From a virus (taxonomy: Duplodnaviria > Caudoviricetes): a stretch of DNA of 63,115 nucleotides. The DNA lies in IMG/VR virus record IMGVR_UViG_3300036715_000947, positions 1 through 63,115 of that record, one strand, 5' to 3'. Under the pieces are notes generated by a model that was given only the letters and a program-made list of their open reading frames with translations, had not been told where the DNA came from and did no database searches. The first letter of the stretch is position 1. Every line of letters begins with the position of its first letter. This document shows, in pieces, positions 34,985 through 43,802 of the stretch. Made by a program: the position numbers and the translations under genes.

Positions 34985-35830
34985 AGCCGTATAACAAGCC
35001 TACTGTCAGCTACTTGTGGGCGCAAATTTCAGCAGAAAATTTCCCTATTCAATGCGGGAGCGAAAATTTTGGAGTCCGTGAATAATTGAATTTCCCAATA
35101 ACTACGCGGGTCTGCGCCGGTTCTATTCAATTATTCATTCTATTTTTTAATTAAGGGGGGAGAGAGAAAGAGAGAGAAGGTACAGTACAATGTACAAGAG
35201 AGTTAAAACAAAGTGAATATCGAATAAGTGCATAAACCCGCGCCACCATTACGTTTCAAATATTCACTTTCCGCATGTCTCGCTAACTAGCCGCTCACGA
35301 AGGACAATTTCGTGTAACTAGCGGTATAACTCCACTGGATAGCGCTACTTCCAAACAAGCCACTTGTAACAAACGTTCGGCATAGAAACTAAAAAGGGTG
35401 TCAATGTGATGTATGCTACGTTACAGGGTGTGAAAAAATTGTCTCAATTTCCGGAGAATGCGTGTTGCCACGCCAAAACGTGCATAAGTAGTGACATGGC
35501 GGTGCTAATAATTTTTAGAAAATGGTGCTATACTAGGTCCACGCGAGCCGGAAACCGCCGGATCGTGACAAATGCCCACCACCACTACGTTACAGCGTGT
35601 CTCAAAATCCCACAATTATTTTTGAGGCTAACTAGCGATGAACCGCGAAAATATAAATAATTCTGGGAAAGAGTGCGTTCCAAAAAAATCCGATTTTTGC
35701 GTGTTTTTGGCCATTTTTGGACGGTTTTGGAGAATTCCTATATTTTGAAATATAAAAAAAATATAAAAAAATCTAGCCTCAAACCCAGCCCGGCATTGAC
35801 TCTAGGGCACGTCTCCCACAGGAGGTATCT
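34985..35830. promoter_or_regulatory. AT-rich divergent intergenic control region between late (minus) and replication (plus) arms
   Basis: Marked GC drop, A/T tracts, three TAACTAGC copies, -10-like TATAAC (35325) and TATACT (35529). Confidence 0.65.
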
Positions 35831-35931
35831 TGACAAACGCGCGTGAAACAAGGAACCTTGGGCCATCCGGTCCCGGCTGCCCGCGTGGTGGCGGGCAAGG
35901 CAAGGCGGCTTCTCAGGCAGGGGGCGCAACG

Positions 35932-36954
35932 ATGCCGGGACCGGATCACGGACGCCCCGCCACGGCCTCGAAGATGGACCCTCCGCGTCCCGGAACGTAC
36001 TGGTGGAAGCGCGTTGGAGACACCTGGACTTCCGTGTTGGTGTCAGTGGTCGCCAATGTAGCGAATGCAGCGAGTGGCGGTGAAGGCTCGTTCGACTACA
36101 CGCCGCAGGTGATCTACACGCCACAAGTGGTCTACGAGGACACGCGGCACAGAGAGGTCTGCTGGGCACATCCTCTCGAAACGTGGCACCGCGACTTCAT
36201 TTCCGACGAAGCCCACAAGAAGCAACTTGCGGCGTATGACGCAGTGGAAGAGAAGACGGAGCCGGAGGCTCCAAGGAAGACGGCGCTTCCCATCGAAAGC
36301 GACCGTCCCATCACCATCCTTGGTGTGTACCGCGCAGCCGACAAGGTGCACGTGACCGTCACTACGGAGCACGCCGAGGATCTCGTCGAGAAGCTCGTAG
36401 GGAAGCTCATCGACCAGCTTCTCAAAGACAAAGCAGACTCACCTACTTCGCTACGGAAGACAGAGGACGTACCTACGGGCCTCGTCGGTACCGAGAGCGA
36501 CCCCGCCAAGGCACAGCGCCAGCCGACGAAGGAGGATCTGGAGCGAGCCCGTGAGCACGCCACGCTTGCCTTCTCGCGCGGCAAGGCATTGGTGATCACG
36601 GCACCGCCCGACTTCGATGTGGTTACGCTCGCCACCGAGACCGCGAAGCACTTCGCGGGCAGCGCCGACGTGCTGCGTGTGGGAATGGTCACGACGGGCG
36701 TGGAGTTCTCCACAAATACTGAGTCGAGCCGCGGTGTGCTGATTATCGTCGGCCAGCCGACCAACGCAAAGCAGCTAGACGCCATAAGCGGCCTTGTCAT
36801 GGCAAGGTCCGTCTACACACGCACCGGCATCAGCGTTGCCAAGATGGCGCCGCCACCTCACGTCATCGTCGCCGACAACACAGACGGAATGATGGAGTAC
36901 TTCCCCGAGGAAACCAGGAACTTCATGCGCATCACCTTGGGCGAGGAGGTGTGA
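35932..36954 (+). CDS. hypothetical protein (start uncertain)
   Basis: Long ORF with genome-typical codon use; first gene of the plus arm. Confidence 0.65.
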   Translation: MPGPDHGRPATASKMDPPRPGTYWWKRVGDTWTSVLVSVVANVANAASGGEGSFDYTPQVIYTPQVVYEDTRHREVCWAHPLETWHRDFISDEAHKKQLAAYDAVEEKTEPEAPRKTALPIESDRPITILGVYRAADKVHVTVTTEHAEDLVEKLVGKLIDQLLKDKADSPTSLRKTEDVPTGLVGTESDPAKAQRQPTKEDLERAREHATLAFSRGKALVITAPPDFDVVTLATETAKHFAGSADVLRVGMVTTGVEFSTNTESSRGVLIIVGQPTNAKQLDAISGLVMARSVYTRTGISVAKMAPPPHVIVADNTDGMMEYFPEETRNFMRITLGEEV

Positions 36955-36955
36955 C

Positions 36956-37225
36956 GTGGACGGACTTCGCCGGAAAGAAATGGAGAGCGATCCCGCGTAC
37001 AGGAGGATGAAGGAAAATCAGTGCTGGGAGATGGCGGGTCTCGCTAGGCAGGACGGAGACTTTGCCGAAGAGAAGCGCTATGTCGACGAGGCGAGGAAGT
37101 GGGCGAGCGGCGAAAACGGTAGCCGTGGCAGCACTGAAAAAGTGACTTCGCCCGCCACCACCACTCACGAAGACACAACCGCCGCCACATACAAACAGGG
37201 CAATCCCAATCCTCCAAGGTGCTAG
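36956..37225 (+). CDS. hypothetical protein
   Basis: 89 aa; GGAGGT SD. Confidence 0.6.
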   Translation: MDGLRRKEMESDPAYRRMKENQCWEMAGLARQDGDFAEEKRYVDEARKWASGENGSRGSTEKVTSPATTTHEDTTAATYKQGNPNPPRC

Positions 37226-37227
37226 GC

Positions 37228-39291
37228 ATGTCGAAGCAACGTACCGGCAAGGACGAAGTAGAGTCCCTGATGCTAGAGAAGCTGGCAGCAAGCGGACTCG
37301 ACAAGAAGGACGCCCGCAAGCTGAAGATGCAGCCCATGGACGAGGCTGAAGCGGGCGAGGCGACGAACTTTGACGAGGCAGGGTTCAAGATTCCCTACTT
37401 TTCCGTCAACGGCGAAGAGCTGCCATTCTGGCGATTCCGCTTCCTTACCAACCGCAAGAAGGGCAAGTATTTCCAGCCGAAGGGCACCGGCGTGGCGGTG
37501 TACTTTCCTCCTCTCATAGACTGGGCAACGCGCATCGAGGACGCCAAGAAGTCCATCATCGTTACGGAAGGGGAGTTGAAGGCAGCGTGTGCAACGAAGC
37601 TAGGCTACCCAACCATCGGGCTCGGTGGCGTCTGGTCATTCAAAAGCAAGAAGAAGGAAAGAGACTTCATCGAGGACCTTGAACAGATCGAATGGCAGGG
37701 GAGGAGCACGTTCCTTTGCTTCGACTCGGACGCCACGACGAACCCCAAGGTCATGCAGGCCGAATGCGCGTTGGCAAGGGAGCTTGATCGCCGTGGCGCG
37801 AAGGTCTACATCGCACGACTACCGGCGCTCTCCAAGGGAGGGAAGACAGGGATCGACGATTACCTGATGTCCAGGCGCGGAGGCGTCAAGCGCTTCATGC
37901 GCCTTCTAGGCAAGGCAGAGGAGTGGAGCAAGAGTGCGGCGCTTCGGGAGTTCAACAACGAAGTCATCTTGATACGCGATCCGGGCGTGTGCGTGATACG
38001 GGCTACGGGCCAGCGCGTGGACACCAACACACTCGTCCACACCCTCTACGCCAACCGCGTCTACTGGAAGGCGTCGCCTACGGAGAAGGACCCGCTACGC
38101 CGCGTGGAAGCGTCGGTTCCCGCCGACTGGATCAAGTGGGAAGGCCGCGCCGAAGCAGAGAAGATGACGTACAGGCCGGGAGAGGGCGAAATCACCTCAT
38201 CCAAAGAGTACAATATGTGGAAAGGATGGGGCACGAACCCAGTGAAGGGAGACGTCGAGCCGTGGACGAAGCTCCTTGACTACGCGTTCAAGGACGCGGA
38301 CCCACGTGATCGCAAGTGGTTTGAGCAGTGGTGTGCGTACCCAATCCAACACCCCGGCACCAAGCTCTACACGGCCTGCGTCCTATGGTCCGTCAAGCAA
38401 GGAACGGGCAAGTCACTCATCGGCTACACGCTAGGCAGGATCTACGGTGACAACTACATCGAGATCAAGGACCACGACATCGAGTCCACGTTCAACTCGT
38501 TCATGGTGAACAAACAGTTCATCCTCGGTGACGAGATCACGGGCACCGACGGCCTCATGCGACGCAAGCTCGCCAACAAGCTGAAGGGCATGATCACACA
38601 GCTAAAGGCGACGGTGAACCAGAAGTACGTGTCCACGTACGAGATTCCCGATTGCGTCAACTACCTTTTCACGTCGCAGCATTGCGATGCGTTCTTCATC
38701 GAGAATGCCGATAGGCGGTTCTTTGTGAACGAAATCCGCGGAATGCCGCTGCCGCTCGGGTGGTATCGCAAGACGTACGATCCTTGGTACAAGAGCAAGG
38801 CGGGGATCGAGGCGTTGCACTACCACCTACTCCACCTCGACTGTAGGGGTTTCGATCCACACGCTCCCGCGCCCATGACGGATTCCAAGCGTACGATGAT
38901 CGAGGAAGGGCGCAGCGATCTTATGGATTGGATCGAGAGCGTGAGCCAGTACAACGGAGCCAAGAAGCTGATGACTTCGGAGGAGGTGCTTGTGCTTGCG
39001 CTAGGACAGGGCAAGACGATGTGGAGCAAGAACGGCATCACACGCGCCCTTCACTCGGCGGGATACATGCGACCGCTCGGGAATCAGCAGCAGCTAGTCC
39101 TACCGGATGGCCGACAGGTTAGGCCGTGGCTCATCGACCGACAAATGCCGGTACCGCCCAGGTCGGAGGTGACGCAAAAATGGGTACGCGATCTTTGGTT
39201 CTCGGATCGACCAATGGGCAGTCGCAAATTCAAGGAAGTACGGGCCGAAGCAACCAAGCGTTACGAGGACGAGGAGGAGGAGGAGTCATGA
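37228..39291 (+). CDS. primase-helicase (DUF3854/Toprim-like primase + SF3-like P-loop helicase)
   Basis: KYFQPKG, IVTEGELKA, GLGGVW, CFDSD, KTGIDDY; QGTGKS Walker A, ILGDE, ADRRFFV. Confidence 0.9.
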   Translation: MSKQRTGKDEVESLMLEKLAASGLDKKDARKLKMQPMDEAEAGEATNFDEAGFKIPYFSVNGEELPFWRFRFLTNRKKGKYFQPKGTGVAVYFPPLIDWATRIEDAKKSIIVTEGELKAACATKLGYPTIGLGGVWSFKSKKKERDFIEDLEQIEWQGRSTFLCFDSDATTNPKVMQAECALARELDRRGAKVYIARLPALSKGGKTGIDDYLMSRRGGVKRFMRLLGKAEEWSKSAALREFNNEVILIRDPGVCVIRATGQRVDTNTLVHTLYANRVYWKASPTEKDPLRRVEASVPADWIKWEGRAEAEKMTYRPGEGEITSSKEYNMWKGWGTNPVKGDVEPWTKLLDYAFKDADPRDRKWFEQWCAYPIQHPGTKLYTACVLWSVKQGTGKSLIGYTLGRIYGDNYIEIKDHDIESTFNSFMVNKQFILGDEITGTDGLMRRKLANKLKGMITQLKATVNQKYVSTYEIPDCVNYLFTSQHCDAFFIENADRRFFVNEIRGMPLPLGWYRKTYDPWYKSKAGIEALHYHLLHLDCRGFDPHAPAPMTDSKRTMIEEGRSDLMDWIESVSQYNGAKKLMTSEEVLVLALGQGKTMWSKNGITRALHSAGYMRPLGNQQQLVLPDGRQVRPWLIDRQMPVPPRSEVTQKWVRDLWFSDRPMGSRKFKEVRAEATKRYEDEEEEES

Positions 39292-39512
39292 TGAAAACTA
39301 CCAAGTCAGCCCTCCTGGCGATGTCGGAACAAGAGGAAGACACCATCGACACGAAGGGCGGTGCACGTGACCCAAGGTGTTCTGTGTGCTGGCTACCGGC
39401 AACTACGCGGGTTGCGTGTGAGGTAGGAGGTGCCATGGTGCGAGGCTGGTACTGTGCAAGATGCCGACGATACATCATGCCCACGCGATGCAAGGAGCGC
39501 AGCCATGGGTGA
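39288..39512 (+). CDS. small CxxC/CxxC zinc-finger protein
   Basis: ATGA coupling; CSVC...CARC. Confidence 0.55.
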   Translation: MMKTTKSALLAMSEQEEDTIDTKGGARDPRCSVCWLPATTRVACEVGGAMVRGWYCARCRRYIMPTRCKERSHG

Positions 39513-39795
39513 GGTTTCTATGGACATTACGATAAAGCTGTCCCTATCGCGCAAGGAGTTTCGGCTAGTCGGACTTGCGTTGGCGTCAAAGCCATTGCGG
39601 GCCGAGGAGGTGGAGGAGGCCAAGATGCTGAACGCCCGCTTGCAGCGACAAGTAGCGGCGGCCACCCATGAGATCGCAAGCGTGTACGGAGGCGCGGCGG
39701 AAGCAGCGGAGTCCTCCACAACCACTCCAGCCCCGCCAGCGAGCGCGGTGCGGAGAACCCCAAGGAAGAAGTCCGACGACGGAGGTGTTCTATGA
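39505..39795 (+). CDS. hypothetical protein
   Basis: AAGGAG SD; coupled to neighbours. Confidence 0.6.
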   Translation: MGEVSMDITIKLSLSRKEFRLVGLALASKPLRAEEVEEAKMLNARLQRQVAAATHEIASVYGGAAEAAESSTTTPAPPASAVRRTPRKKSDDGGVL

Positions 39796-40106
39796 TGACG
39801 CGTGCACAATTCCTTCTAGTGAAGCTGGCCGAGGAGGCGGCTGAGGTGTCGCAGATAGCGCTGAAGTCAGCGCAGTTCGGCTTGTCCGAGGTGTACGACA
39901 CCGGCGGCAAAACGCCAGCGACAAACTTGGAACGGATACACCGAGAACTCGATGACTTGATGGGTGTGCTGCAAATGCTCAACACCGAGTTTGGGTTTGG
40001 GTATCCGGACCGCGTGAACAGCGCAGCGTGCATCGAGAAAAAGATACGCAAGGTGGAGTTCTGGTACCAATACTCCGTCGATCTTGGTGCCGCGGAACCT
40101 GTGTGA
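39792..40106 (+). CDS. MazG-like NTP pyrophosphohydrolase
   Basis: KLAEEAAEV.Q...K..RELDDL. Confidence 0.7.
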   Translation: MMTRAQFLLVKLAEEAAEVSQIALKSAQFGLSEVYDTGGKTPATNLERIHRELDDLMGVLQMLNTEFGFGYPDRVNSAACIEKKIRKVEFWYQYSVDLGAAEPV

Positions 40107-40118
40107 GAGGAGGGTGCG

Positions 40119-40514
40119 ATGACAATCAAGCTCATGGACGAAAAGCCCAACTACCAGGAGTTCCTGATGGGCTATCTGGAATGTGCCGCGTGGTGTGGCA
40201 TCAGCGAAGACGATCCCAACAAGAACAAGTGCAGAGACGGACACCCCTCAGTGTACGACTTCACGGTTCACGAAATCTTCCGCGCCGAAAAGGAGTGCCG
40301 AGACTTTGTGGACTCCAATATACAGGATCTTCGCGGACTCGACATGAAGCGGTGCGGGTACGACTTTTGGTTCACGCGCAACGGTCACGGAACAGGCTTC
40401 TGGGACCGCGGGCTTGGTGAAGTCGGCGACCGTCTCACTGAGGCAGCAGAAGGCTGCGGCACGATGTACGTCTACGTTTCCCGCCGTGGAAAACTTCACA
40501 TGAAAGTGGGGTAG
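40119..40514 (+). CDS. conserved phage hypothetical protein
   Basis: GYDFWFTRNGHGTGFWDRG motif; GGAGG SD. Confidence 0.8.
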   Translation: MTIKLMDEKPNYQEFLMGYLECAAWCGISEDDPNKNKCRDGHPSVYDFTVHEIFRAEKECRDFVDSNIQDLRGLDMKRCGYDFWFTRNGHGTGFWDRGLGEVGDRLTEAAEGCGTMYVYVSRRGKLHMKVG

Positions 40515-40515
40515 C

Positions 40516-40779
40516 GTGCAGACCAGGAAACACAGTTTGTCTGAATCCGTGGGACAAGGAGGCGAGATGCACAAGTCCAGCCACGAAGTCGGCAAAGTGA
40601 AGTTTCGATCCAAGCCCAAGGACGTGGTAGTGCTCCTGCCCGTTAGGATCTGGCATCAGGTCGAGATCTTAGAGGACGGGACCGAGCGCCACTCAATCGA
40701 GCATCCTTTGCACGGCGTTTTCGTTGGTGAGACGTGGACAGAAGCACTACGCAACATGAAGCAGGCGCTACAGCCGTAG
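40516..40779 (+). CDS. hypothetical protein
   Basis: ORF in operon; start may be the internal MHKS after GGAGG. Confidence 0.55.
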   Translation: MQTRKHSLSESVGQGGEMHKSSHEVGKVKFRSKPKDVVVLLPVRIWHQVEILEDGTERHSIEHPLHGVFVGETWTEALRNMKQALQP

Positions 40780-40819
40780 CGCCTAACGACACAAGCTCAC
40801 CAGCCCATCTGGAGGAGAC

Positions 40820-40927
40820 ATGAACCACCACACTAGTCCGATATGGGCAGCGATCGGAGCAATCCTGTTCTTTGGATTGTTCTGGACCGTGCTCGATCTA
40901 ATCACCGGGAAATTCAAGCGCAAGTGA
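40820..40927 (+). CDS. 35-aa single-TM membrane peptide MNHHTSPIWAAIGAILFFGLFWTVLDLITGKFKRK
   Basis: GGAGGAG SD; hydrophobic core with basic tail; below the ORF track cutoff. Confidence 0.6.
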   Translation: MNHHTSPIWAAIGAILFFGLFWTVLDLITGKFKRK

Positions 40928-40948
40928 TACCTGACGGGGACACAATCT

Positions 40949-41266
40949 ATGGACGCACACATGATGCCTTTCACAGCAGGACCGAAGACGGTTGGGGCGT
41001 GTTCCGAGTTGAGCGACGATGTGGGCGAGGAACTGAAGCTCTACGCATGGCAGCCCAAAGGGCACGGCGAACTTTCATGGTTTGTCGTCGCCGAGACAGA
41101 GGCCGAGGCCAAAGATGCGGTTGATCGAGAGATTGCACGTAGGCTGTCGCTTCCTTGGGACGAACCAGATCACATTGGAGATTACGATGTGGAGGGATGG
41201 GGCTCTGACTATTACACGCTGACGGTTGCGAAACGTGGACAGCCAGTGAGCAACGACAACGAGTAG
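40949..41266 (+). CDS. hypothetical protein (N-terminus shared with 41934..42251)
   Basis: MDAHMMPFTAGPKTVGACSELS. Confidence 0.65.
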   Translation: MDAHMMPFTAGPKTVGACSELSDDVGEELKLYAWQPKGHGELSWFVVAETEAEAKDAVDREIARRLSLPWDEPDHIGDYDVEGWGSDYYTLTVAKRGQPVSNDNE

Positions 41267-41295
41267 CGCCCGACCGCTACCAACAGGAGAACGAC

Positions 41296-41604
41296 ATGAC
41301 AGATAGAGAACTGCTGGAAGCCGCCGCGAAGGCTGCGGGGATTGACGGAGAGTACCGAACCGAGCGCTTGTGCGTTGACGGCGACTGGACGAACGTGACC
41401 GCGATTTTTATGACTGACGGCGCGGGCTGGTGGTGGAACTCCCTCGAAGACGACGGAGCCGCCTTGCGTCTGGCGGTGAGGTTGGGTCTGCTGTTTGATC
41501 CGGATGCGTCGCGCCTGTACAGCGAAGAACTTGCGGACGGCAGGGGGCCGGAAGAAGCAGCACGCCGCGCCTTCACCCGCGCAGCCGCCGCGCTTGCGGA
41601 GTGA
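41296..41604 (+). CDS. conserved phage hypothetical protein
   Basis: MTDRELLE.AAKAAG, WN.LEDDG.ALRLAV.L, RRA.TRAAA. Confidence 0.8.
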   Translation: MTDRELLEAAAKAAGIDGEYRTERLCVDGDWTNVTAIFMTDGAGWWWNSLEDDGAALRLAVRLGLLFDPDASRLYSEELADGRGPEEAARRAFTRAAAALAE

Positions 41605-41698
41605 GGGCGTTGGTGCTTCCCAACAACAGAGTGCAGCGCCCAGCGGGGTCCTCTGAAACGAGCAGTTGAGCGGATGGAAAAACAACAAAGGAGAAGCG

Positions 41699-41890
41699 AT
41701 GGAAACCGAAAGCCAGACCATTTTGCGAAGGGCCAAGGAAGCCCTTGATTACTACCGAGAAAGAGAGAAGCAAGCAATCGAGACGCTGGCTAGTGCAAGA
41801 GAAGATGTTCGGAAAGCGCGAGAGAAATATGAGCAGCTTTTCTTGGCGGAAGAAATGCGAGAAGCGGAACGGCGTAGAAATCGCGCCTAA
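41699..41890 (+). CDS. small coiled-coil protein
   Basis: AAGGAG SD; stop TAA lies within GCCTAAC. Confidence 0.65.
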   Translation: METESQTILRRAKEALDYYREREKQAIETLASAREDVRKAREKYEQLFLAEEMREAERRRNRA

Positions 41891-41933
41891 CTTTCAAGCT
41901 GACCGGCCCCGCTGTGGGCCAAGGAGGAACGAC

Positions 41934-42251
41934 ATGGACGAACACACTATGCCTTTCACAGAAGTGCCAAAGACGGTTGGGGCGGGGTCTGAGTCGAGCC
42001 GCAATGACCAGCTTTTGAGGCTGGCGCGCCTCGGTCTCTGGTGCCTCAACGCATCCTACAGGGATTCCATCGGAGACGTTGACGGTGACGGTATCAAGGA
42101 CAAGGCACTTGAGCTGGGGATTCTTGTCACTCACGAAGTATCTGAGCCCTGCGGTGAGCACTGTGCCTGCGCGGAGTACGGGTTCCCGGCTACTTGTCTC
42201 AGAGAGGCGGAATGGCTGCACCCGTTTGAAATCCAGTTTGGAATGCGGTGA
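41934..42251 (+). CDS. hypothetical Cys-cluster protein
   Basis: AAGGAGG SD; PCGEHCACAEYGFPATCLR. Confidence 0.7.
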   Translation: MDEHTMPFTEVPKTVGAGSESSRNDQLLRLARLGLWCLNASYRDSIGDVDGDGIKDKALELGILVTHEVSEPCGEHCACAEYGFPATCLREAEWLHPFEIQFGMR

Positions 42252-42338
42252 GAGCCCAACGACCGGCAGCTCGATTGAAACCAAGCGCCGGATGCGGGGG
42301 TCCGGTTGACCGCCCGGTTGGGCGCAGGAGCAGATAGA

Positions 42339-42665
42339 ATGTGTGAATTCGGGTTCTATGAAGGGCTCCCAGGCGTAGCGGGTAGGATCACGGGCACGTT
42401 TGCCGACAGCGTAGCGTCGGTAATGCGCAAACTAAGGACCTACCGGATCGTATCCTGCAATGGCTCAATGGGCAGCGTCTCGGTGTGGATCGACGACGAA
42501 GGCGGCCTATGGTGTGAGTTCTACCAATACGGGCGGACCATGGCTAGCGCCCGGCCTACCAGCAATGCCGAGGTGAGGAAGTGGCTCGAAGAGTGGCTTC
42601 CGAAAACACGGCTAACAGCCCAACGACCGGCTAACCGGCACTGCCGGAGAAAGGAACCGAGATGA
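42339..42665 (+). CDS. hypothetical protein
   Basis: AGGAG SD directly after the GTTGGGC box. Confidence 0.6.
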   Translation: MCEFGFYEGLPGVAGRITGTFADSVASVMRKLRTYRIVSCNGSMGSVSVWIDDEGGLWCEFYQYGRTMASARPTSNAEVRKWLEEWLPKTRLTAQRPANRHCRRKEPR

Positions 42666-42961
42666 CGAACCAGAACGCCGAGGCACGGTCCGAGTCGAGC
42701 GCATGGCTTGGCGCATGGTTGCCGATTGACACAGCCCCACGAGACGGCACGGAGGTGCTGGTGTTGTCGTACCACGCGGGCGTGGCCGTAGTGCGTCCCG
42801 CGTGGTACAGGAGCCGCAAGGAATGGGAAGACTTCGGGCAGTACTTTTTTGGCTGGGACCGCCTGGAAGAGTGGGAGGGCTGGTGGTCCTACGCCAGCAA
42901 CGGTGTGGGCCAGGAAAAGCTGGAGGGGGCGCAACTTCCGACGCACTGGTATCCCATGTAG
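42662..42961 (+). CDS. DUF551-like phage protein
   Basis: WLPIDTAPRDGTEVL...PTHW.P. Confidence 0.8.
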   Translation: MTNQNAEARSESSAWLGAWLPIDTAPRDGTEVLVLSYHAGVAVVRPAWYRSRKEWEDFGQYFFGWDRLEEWEGWWSYASNGVGQEKLEGAQLPTHWYPM

Positions 42962-43013
42962 GCACCGCCATGGGACATGGAGGACGAGCCACGAACCAAA
43001 AAGAGGAGGGGCC

Positions 43014-43610
43014 TTGATCGCGGCTTTGTATGTTGAGAAAAACGGATGCTACTTCGGCCTGCCGGGAGTGGACCCGTGGGACATCGAACGGGACGCCAGG
43101 CGATACCAGGGGCCTTACCCGGTTGTGGCACACCCACCCTGTGAGCGATGGGGACGGTTTTCGGAAGGCAGCCCGACGCTGAAAACCAAGGCCACCGGGG
43201 ACGACGGCGGATGTTTTTCCGCTGCACTCACCAGCCTTCGTCGATTCGGAGGAGTGCTTGAGCATCCTGCCCAATCGAAAGCCTGGTCAGCGTTTGGAAT
43301 CCCGAAGCCACCGAAAGCAGGATGGCTTCGGGTTGGGTATGCCGAATGGACATGTGAGGTCGAGCAGGGGCATTACGGGCACAGGGCAAGGAAGAAGACG
43401 TGGCTTCTGGTGGTGGGTCCGAAGCCTCCTGAATTGATATGGGGTCCGTCCGGGCAACGGTTGCCAGAGAAGCTACTGGAGAAGCGTGGGTACGAGAGCG
43501 CCAGGCGTCGAGGGATCATAAGTAGCATGTGTAGCGAACATCGGCAACGGACGCCGATTGAGTTCCGCGATCTTCTGCTTTCAATTGCAGAGGCATCGAA
43601 TGAATGGTGA
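43014..43610 (+). CDS. putative compact C5-cytosine DNA methyltransferase-like protein
   Basis: IAALYV, DIERDAR, VVAHPPC (PC motif), GVLEHP, GHRARK.TWL, R.RTP..F; TTG start with AGGAGG SD. Confidence 0.6.
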   Translation: MIAALYVEKNGCYFGLPGVDPWDIERDARRYQGPYPVVAHPPCERWGRFSEGSPTLKTKATGDDGGCFSAALTSLRRFGGVLEHPAQSKAWSAFGIPKPPKAGWLRVGYAEWTCEVEQGHYGHRARKKTWLLVVGPKPPELIWGPSGQRLPEKLLEKRGYESARRRGIISSMCSEHRQRTPIEFRDLLLSIAEASNEW

Positions 43611-43718
43611 AGGCGGTCTATGGGCTAGCGTAACCGGGCCACGCCATTGGGACATCGCTGTGTTGGATGCGAGGCCGAGAGCTTGGCCTAAGTCCAATCA
43701 TTTCAATCGAAAATAAGT

Positions 43719-43747
43719 ATGACTAGTTAGCGCGATTGTGGGATAAT
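43719..43747 (+). promoter_or_regulatory. sigma70-type promoter ATGACT-17-GATAAT
   Basis: Upstream A-rich tract, followed by a GC hairpin and the acidic protein gene. Confidence 0.55.
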
Positions 43748-43802
43748 AGGGGTCCACCACCTCGGGCGCCGCGTCGGCGCCCCATTTCAGAAAGGGATTC
43801 TA

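Larger units (their letters stand above)
40781..42712 (+). mobile_element. cluster of attC-like imperfect hairpins at accessory gene boundaries (cassette-like array, no integrase seen)
   Basis: GCCTAAC/GCCCAAC/TCCCAAC boxes at 40781, 41618, 41885, 42254, 42618 with partner arms of the GGTCCGAGTCGAGC type and GTTGGGC-like ends. Confidence 0.6.

Noticed and set aside
34840-35830. tRNA or structured ncRNA genes
   Set aside because: No cloverleaf or T-loop consensus recognised by eye; a tRNAscan/Infernal run would be needed to exclude them
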